DNA from: a virus
Length of the DNA stretch: 64,000 nt
Strand: one strand, 5' to 3'
IMG/VR virus record: IMGVR_UViG_3300024346_009227
Coordinates: 1 to 64,000 of that record
The notes under the pieces were generated by a model. That model saw nothing but the letters and a program-made list of their open reading frames with translations. It was not told the origin of the DNA and ran no database searches. Positions within the stretch are counted from its first letter, which is position 1. Each line of letters begins with the position of its first letter. The position numbers and the translations under genes are program-made. Of this stretch, positions 58,091 through 64,000 are shown in pieces.

Positions 58091-59347
58091 CTAGTTATAA
58101 TTCCAAACTACTGATCTTGTAACTTTTTTAGTTCTATAATCAAATGTCATATCATCTTTTTCTACAAATATTTCAGTGGCTGTTGGTGCATAAGAAGAAA
58201 CATCTGGTGGACCTTTAGAGCCATCATTATATAATACTTCAATATTGAGTGTTTTAACACCATTTTTTTTGGCAGGAAGCTTTTGTATAATTGGACCTAA
58301 TTCTTTACCAACTGCTGGTATTACAACAATAAGATCTATGGGTGGCGTATCTGTCCAGCTTATAGACTTAAATCTTTCATCAGTTTTTTCTATACCTTCA
58401 GAAATTTCTACAGAATAATTTATTGTTCCAGATATTTTGTTTGTTCCTACAGAAACAGACTTTACTTTACCAGTTATTGTTCCAATAGTATATGATTTGC
58501 CTATTTCCCATTTTTTAACCAAATCAAATTTTTCTGATGCATTTGTATATTTTGTTTTACCTTTACCTTCGTATCCAGTTATAGTTCCTTGTAAGCTTGC
58601 AGATTTATATGCAGAATCAAAACTTTCTTTTTCTGTATATGTTTCTTCAATTACAAATGGGTCTTTTGATAGTATCCAAGATTCATTACAATCAACAGTA
58701 TTCTTATATGTATTGACTGAATAACTAGTTGTTTTATTATAAGAATCTTCTGTTGGCAAAGTAAAGTATGTAGCAGCATCAGAATCAGCTATAGATGTAG
58801 TTAAAAGCATCTTCTCATTTTCCATCGCTAATTGATAATCTTTAGCTGGATCTTCAGTGCTTTTTATTTGTATGCTTCTAGTTCTGTTTATTTTTACAAA
58901 TCTATTGTATTCATCTGCTGGATCTAATGACCAAGTTTCATCTGGTTCTTCGTTATCCAATACTATTTGTTCTAAAGATATTGTGTAATCACATATTAAA
59001 CTTGATTGTTCAAGCTGAAAACTTTTAGATTTTAATTTAAATTTTCCAGATAAATTTGGGCCACTTATTGATGTGCTTATATTGATGTCATCTATTTTAT
59101 GGCTTACTAAACCTTCTAAAGTTGCCATTTTTCCTATAATCAACCCTAATTTAGCTTTGTCTGCTTCTTCAGCAGTTCCAGTTGGTTCTGAGTCACCCGC
59201 TATTGGATCTACAGCTAAAATTTTTCCTTTTAAATCTACTGTTATTGTAGTAGTTTTTACTTTACCACTTTCTCTAAACTCTGATTGTTGAGTAATACTT
59301 ATTAATGGTGTTGGTCTTATTGCAGTTCCATTTAATGATATAGACAT
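58091..59347 (-). CDS. Putative tail structural protein, paralog A
   Basis: Shares CDYTI-x-LE, DE-x-WS and S-x-x-GTITG motifs with 59357..60712. Confidence 0.65.
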   Translation of the reverse strand: MSISLNGTAIRPTPLISITQQSEFRESGKVKTTTITVDLKGKILAVDPIAGDSEPTGTAEEADKAKLGLIIGKMATLEGLVSHKIDDINISTSISGPNLSGKFKLKSKSFQLEQSSLICDYTISLEQIVLDNEEPDETWSLDPADEYNRFVKINRTRSIQIKSTEDPAKDYQLAMENEKMLLTTSIADSDAATYFTLPTEDSYNKTTSYSVNTYKNTVDCNESWILSKDPFVIEETYTEKESFDSAYKSASLQGTITGYEGKGKTKYTNASEKFDLVKKWEIGKSYTIGTITGKVKSVSVGTNKISGTINYSVEISEGIEKTDERFKSISWTDTPPIDLIVVIPAVGKELGPIIQKLPAKKNGVKTLNIEVLYNDGSKGPPDVSSYAPTATEIFVEKDDMTFDYRTKKVTRSVVWNYN

Positions 59348-59356
59348 AAATCATTC

Positions 59357-60712
59357 CTAATATGGTCTAGGTATTTGTGTGCTTATCAAATCAAAACTGG
59401 TAATGGTTGGTAAAGCTGGTTTTGAACCATCTGCCCATATAAATACTGTAGTTCTTGATATTTTTTTATTTTGTGCAGTAAAATTAATAGTATCAGATTC
59501 AATCATACTTCCTGCTGGTTGATATTGCAATGTGTTTGGAGTAGTCTCTGTTCCAACTCTTTCTATTGTGATAGACATAGTTTTTGCTTTATTCATATCA
59601 ATACTTTGAAATACTGGCCCCTTATCTCCATAGATAGTATTATGTATGACATAAGTCTTAAGGGCATCAGCTAAATCTCCAAAGTAACTTACAGTTATTG
59701 TTTCATTTTTTACTCCAGTTGTTGTTGGTCTTTTTATATTTTCAATTTCATAGTTATAAGTAATTATTCCTTTTACTTTATCATGTGTTTCTGAAAATGA
59801 AGTTATTGTTAATGCAAGATATTTAGTGTTTAAAGCACTCTTTACCGTTGTCCATAATGCCAATGCTTCTGTATATCTATTGCTTGGAGTTGATGTAGAA
59901 GATGAAGATAGACCAGTTATAGTTCCTTCTATAGAAAGCGTATCTCTTAATGTTTCATTAGATTGTTTGTCTGTAAGTGTTTGTTCATGGTGTGCTTGTG
60001 GTAATTGAGGAATAATTGAATTTTTTAATAAATCATTATGATAAGTTAAATTTATTTCAGCAGAGAATTCCCCACCAAGTACATTGACACTATAATTAAT
60101 TAATTTATTTGAAGGTGAAGCTTTTAAATAAGTATTTTTAGCAGCATCTTTTATATCTGTTGGAATAAGTTCGTTTATTTTTTTTAGAACTTCTGTTTTT
60201 GATGTTTCCCAACCATTTTTGCCATCAACATCTTTAGACTTACAAGAAATTTTATGGTTTACTTTTGTGAATCTTAAATCTTCATCGTTATAATCAACTG
60301 ACCATGATTCATCTATATCTGAAGCGTTGGTTTTATCTGGTACTGATTTTGATCCAATGGTTACTGAATCTGCTTCCATTTCAATTGTGTAATCACAAAA
60401 ATTAACCCAAATATCTTCTTTAAAATTTAGACTTTTAATTCTAGGAATAAATTTAATTGGTGAGCTTTTACCATCTCTTGATTGAATCTCAAAATATGTT
60501 TTGTCTGTAAAAGCATTGACTTGTGCTATTATCGCTGCTTGTCTTGCAATAATGGCAGAGTGTCTTGCATCTACAGATATAGCTTGACTTGGAACAATTT
60601 TTGCAGATACAGATATATTAAAAAGATATGTCTTTGCTTTTCCATTGTCATAAAATTGAACGCTTTCTTGCAATGAAAATGTTTGAATTGGGTCTGATAA
60701 TGTTCCAGCCAT
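59357..60712 (-). CDS. Putative tail structural protein, paralog B
   Basis: CDYTIEME, DESWS, SIEGTITG, GPVFQ. Confidence 0.65.
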   Translation of the reverse strand: MAGTLSDPIQTFSLQESVQFYDNGKAKTYLFNISVSAKIVPSQAISVDARHSAIIARQAAIIAQVNAFTDKTYFEIQSRDGKSSPIKFIPRIKSLNFKEDIWVNFCDYTIEMEADSVTIGSKSVPDKTNASDIDESWSVDYNDEDLRFTKVNHKISCKSKDVDGKNGWETSKTEVLKKINELIPTDIKDAAKNTYLKASPSNKLINYSVNVLGGEFSAEINLTYHNDLLKNSIIPQLPQAHHEQTLTDKQSNETLRDTLSIEGTITGLSSSSTSTPSNRYTEALALWTTVKSALNTKYLALTITSFSETHDKVKGIITYNYEIENIKRPTTTGVKNETITVSYFGDLADALKTYVIHNTIYGDKGPVFQSIDMNKAKTMSITIERVGTETTPNTLQYQPAGSMIESDTINFTAQNKKISRTTVFIWADGSKPALPTITSFDLISTQIPRPY

Positions 60713-60714
60713 GT

Positions 60715-61866
60715 TTAATCCTCAAAGCCATGTGTATATAACTGCATGGTTTCATTAAATGGTTGATTTACTTCTGGAATAACTAACTCTATTGAATCAA
60801 AACAAACATCATTTGCATATATATTAAAATCAATACTATTAGTTATGGCAGAAGAAGCACCATAAGCTATTAAAGGCATATAATTCCAAGTTGCTTCAAC
60901 ATCTCTTTGTATAAACATCTCCATAGATGAACCATCTGGTATTGCATTGAATGTAGTTCCAAGACCAATTATAGTAATACTTAATGATTCATTAATAGAT
61001 GCATACTGATTGCTCAAATAAAGATTTAAACTTTCAAAGTGTGATGGGTTTATTATATCTCCAGATATATATGTATAAACAAACCCTGTTGTTAGTGCAG
61101 TATCATCTACCATCAAAAACAATTCTAAATTATTTTCAAAAAATGATTTTATATAAAGCTCTACACTATTTATTTGTTGGTCTATTGTTGATGAACGAAT
61201 ATTGAAATCAATAGATCCATCTGCATCAGTATATAAATACAAATTTTTTATGAATAAATCGGCTGATGATTCTACAAATGCTTTTAAATAAAGTTCTTTA
61301 TTGTCTTGATGTTCATTCCAATATTTTATAAATAAATTAATTGAATTTTGTGGAAATGATTTTAAATATAAATTTGTTTGTTCTTGCGTGTTGGCTTCTA
61401 AATACAAAGCTCTTGCACCAAAAAACATAGCTGTTGATTTTATATATAAAGAAACATTGTTGTCAAAATTTGATTTTAAAAATAAATTCCTAAAATTAAA
61501 AAATGTTGATGGTGAAGGAGTGGGTGCAGGAGTTGTTGTGGTAGTGGTAGTTGTAGTGGTAGTTGAGGGTTGTGGGGTTGTTGGTTCGCCTGTTGTAGTA
61601 GTAGTTGTTTCTAATGTGATCGTTGGTGCTGGTGCTGAACCTAAAAATGGTAACCATCCTGATAGTGGCACATTTAATGGGTCATCTGAGGTGTTATAGT
61701 AATAAACATCTGAATACTGTTGAATAACCCATTGAGATACTATAATGTCATAAAACAACACATAGCTTGTATCTAAAGAGTTTCTATATGTAACAACATT
61801 GTAGTATTCAAATGTTCCATTAAAATTACCTCCGCTACCAGCACCAGATATAATATAATTTGCCAT
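60715..61866 (-). CDS. Putative virion protein with Thr linker and L(Y/F)(I/L)K repeats
   Basis: N-terminal aromatic-rich module, poly-Thr linker, ~12-aa spaced LYIK/LYLK/LFIK repeats. Confidence 0.65.
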   Translation of the reverse strand: MANYIISGAGSGGNFNGTFEYYNVVTYRNSLDTSYVLFYDIIVSQWVIQQYSDVYYYNTSDDPLNVPLSGWLPFLGSAPAPTITLETTTTTTGEPTTPQPSTTTTTTTTTTTPAPTPSPSTFFNFRNLFLKSNFDNNVSLYIKSTAMFFGARALYLEANTQEQTNLYLKSFPQNSINLFIKYWNEHQDNKELYLKAFVESSADLFIKNLYLYTDADGSIDFNIRSSTIDQQINSVELYIKSFFENNLELFLMVDDTALTTGFVYTYISGDIINPSHFESLNLYLSNQYASINESLSITIIGLGTTFNAIPDGSSMEMFIQRDVEATWNYMPLIAYGASSAITNSIDFNIYANDVCFDSIELVIPEVNQPFNETMQLYTHGFED

Positions 61867-61877
61867 AATTTACCTTA

Positions 61878-63998
61878 CTATGAATTCATTTCATTTTTAA
61901 GTTGTTTACCTATCTGTGTAACTATCCATCCTTTTAGTTCTTCTGTCGCTTGTGTTACCGCTGTATATACACCTTCTGGATTAAAGTCAATATTTAAAGA
62001 AGCATTCAAATTGCCCATTACTTCTATATTTATTATTGATGGTATTTTATTAACTTGTGTTTGTAATGCTTCAGCATAAGCTTTAAATGTATCTATTTGT
62101 TCGCCAAAAGGCTTAAGGAATGTAGTTCCTAGTTTGTTTATTGCATCAGCTAATTGTGTAACGGAAGTCATATCTATTGCTGGAGTTGCGTTTTCTTGCT
62201 GATTTGGAACAAATGCCCCTCTTCTAGCATACATAACTCCACCATTAGACATATAACTAGTATTTCCATTTATATGTTTTAATAAATTTAAATTTTTAGA
62301 TGTTGATTCTCTATTTACCACAAACTCTCCTGGTGTGAGCATGGCAGGAACAGTGTCTGTACCTCTTGGTGTGAATCCACCATCTGCAAAATAGTTTACC
62401 AGACCACCAGAATTATAACCTTTTCTTTTTGACATTTTGTTGGCAGAATCAGCAAAACTTCCAACTCCAGCATTAAATCTAGACGAAGAAGCTAATATGT
62501 TTTGTGATCCTTCCTTATTAGCATTTGCCCCACTCTTAAATGAATCGCCACTTTGAACAAATTTGTTTCCAACTCCAGATAATTTTCCAGTTAATTCATT
62601 TATTCCAGATTCTATTGGATCTACTTTCTTGCCACGAATATTTCCAACACTACCACCAGTTCTAAACCCAGTAACTTCTTTGCCACTATTGATTGCATGT
62701 AACAGAGAATAATTTTTAGATGAAGCTTGTTTATTTACTACAAACTCACCTGGAGTCAACATAGCTGGAATAGTATCTACATTGCCACCAGTACTATATG
62801 AACCTAGATCCATTCCAAGAAAACTTAATTTTTGTCTTTGTGGTTGTTGTGGTTGTTCCTGTCTCTTTTTGGCAAATGCTGCCATTTGACGATAACCACT
62901 AGGCATTTGTTCTTGTGGTTGTTGTTGCATCTGTTGCTGTGGAGCTTGATTAAAGAAGCTTTCTGCATAATTACTTGATTGAAATGCTGGTTGAGCAACT
63001 TGAAGGTTTTGTGGTCGTTGTTGTGCCTGTTGTTGTGGCAACTTTCCTGCAAAATTACTTGGTCTTGGACCTGATTGTAATGCTGCTAATGCTGCTTGTT
63101 GTTTTTGTTGTTGTGATTGTTGCTGAGGATTCTGATTAACTTGAAGTTGTGATCTAAATCTATTCGCTCTTTGTCGTTCTATAGCATTTCTTGCTAGTGT
63201 TGATCTTTGTTGTCTAGCCCAATCATCTTGAAGTTCTCTTTGTTTTTTTTCTTCCGCTTCTTTTTTAAGTTTCGCCCTTAAATATTCATCTGTTGCAAAT
63301 GGGTTTGCTGGTGATAATGTTGTAAGTCCATTTTCCGCATAAATCAAACCACCTAAACTTGCATATGTACTACCAGATTCTTCTTCTTGTTGTTTTTTTT
63401 GTTCTTCTAGATATTCTTTGATTTGTTTTTTAAATTCATCAGAATTACTTTGTATTCCTGATTCATTTGCTTTTGCTGTTTTTAATGCGTTTACTTCTGC
63501 ACCAGTAGCAGAAATATTTCCAAAGGGATTGTTGCCACCACGCATTCTAGACTGAACATCTCCAAGCATACCCATTGCTGCTGATGTTACGCCTTCGCCA
63601 CCAGGCTTAGTTGGATCTTGAAAAGATAGTGCTTGTTGAGCAGAAACGCCACCAGACCCAGTAGAAAATCCAGCTTGCGTATTATCAAAAAGACTACCAG
63701 TTCCATCATTAAATCTAGTGTTAGAAAACATTTGGAATGCATTGTTTTCAGCTTGATTTTTTGCTGCTATTCTATTAGTTATGTCTGAAGTAGTAGCTTT
63801 TCCAATATTGTCAATATATCCTTCTTGATCAACAGTAAGAGATGTTTCTTCTTCACTGCCACTATAAGAACCTAAATTTGCTCTTCTTTTTAAGTATCCG
63901 CCATCATATAAATAACTTACTAATCCACCGCTTGCATATCCAAGTAATTTTTCCGTATTTGACTTAAAAAGATCTACGCCTTTATGCTGTACTTTTTC
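61878..63998 (-). CDS. Tape-measure-like protein, C-terminal part (start lies outside the window)
   Basis: Frame is open from the window edge; two DT(I/V)PAMLTPGEFVVN motifs and repeated (Y/F)-x-x-GG-x-V units. Confidence 0.75.
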   Translation of the reverse strand, partial: EKVQHKGVDLFKSNTEKLLGYASGGLVSYLYDGGYLKRRANLGSYSGSEEETSLTVDQEGYIDNIGKATTSDITNRIAAKNQAENNAFQMFSNTRFNDGTGSLFDNTQAGFSTGSGGVSAQQALSFQDPTKPGGEGVTSAAMGMLGDVQSRMRGGNNPFGNISATGAEVNALKTAKANESGIQSNSDEFKKQIKEYLEEQKKQQEEESGSTYASLGGLIYAENGLTTLSPANPFATDEYLRAKLKKEAEEKKQRELQDDWARQQRSTLARNAIERQRANRFRSQLQVNQNPQQQSQQQKQQAALAALQSGPRPSNFAGKLPQQQAQQRPQNLQVAQPAFQSSNYAESFFNQAPQQQMQQQPQEQMPSGYRQMAAFAKKRQEQPQQPQRQKLSFLGMDLGSYSTGGNVDTIPAMLTPGEFVVNKQASSKNYSLLHAINSGKEVTGFRTGGSVGNIRGKKVDPIESGINELTGKLSGVGNKFVQSGDSFKSGANANKEGSQNILASSSRFNAGVGSFADSANKMSKRKGYNSGGLVNYFADGGFTPRGTDTVPAMLTPGEFVVNRESTSKNLNLLKHINGNTSYMSNGGVMYARRGAFVPNQQENATPAIDMTSVTQLADAINKLGTTFLKPFGEQIDTFKAYAEALQTQVNKIPSIINIEVMGNLNASLNIDFNPEGVYTAVTQATEELKGWIVTQIGKQLKNEMNS

Positions 63999-64000
63999 TT

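Noticed and set aside
1-64000. Genome-wide stop-codon reassignment
   Set aside because: Conserved genes are full length in the standard code and end normally at TAG (dnaE C-half, phoH) and TGA (nrdJ, recA, dnaB).

Overview
AT-rich, gene-dense 64 kb segment of a large tailed dsDNA bacteriophage, read in the standard genetic code. No rRNA, tRNA, CRISPR array, integrase or transposase was recognised. From 1 to about 49,900 the genes are mostly on the + strand. They include about 15 glycosyltransferases with sugar-tailoring enzymes (epimerase, C-methyltransferase, sulfotransferase, nucleotidyltransferase, degenerate GHMP kinase), nucleotide metabolism (ThyX, class II NrdJ, dNMP kinase, NUDIX), and auxiliary genes (peptide deformylase, GNAT, PhoH, papain-like peptidase). 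The same region holds a bacterial-type replisome: intein-containing RecA, DnaB, primase, a DnaE split into two genes around a DEDDh exonuclease, and SSB. From about 49,900 to the end a convergent minus-strand virion/tail module carries Thr-rich mucin-like proteins and the C-terminal part of a tape-measure-like gene. The best leads are: an unannotated microprotein ending C-F-T-UGA-R-R-K-K-UAA (possible selenoprotein); a roughly 290-nt structured intergenic element; an intein-free split DnaE; a possible virion O-glycosylation system; a class 3 RecA intein starting with Glu; and a recurrent GGTGTA-type promoter motif. All family calls rest on motifs recognised by eye, not database searches.
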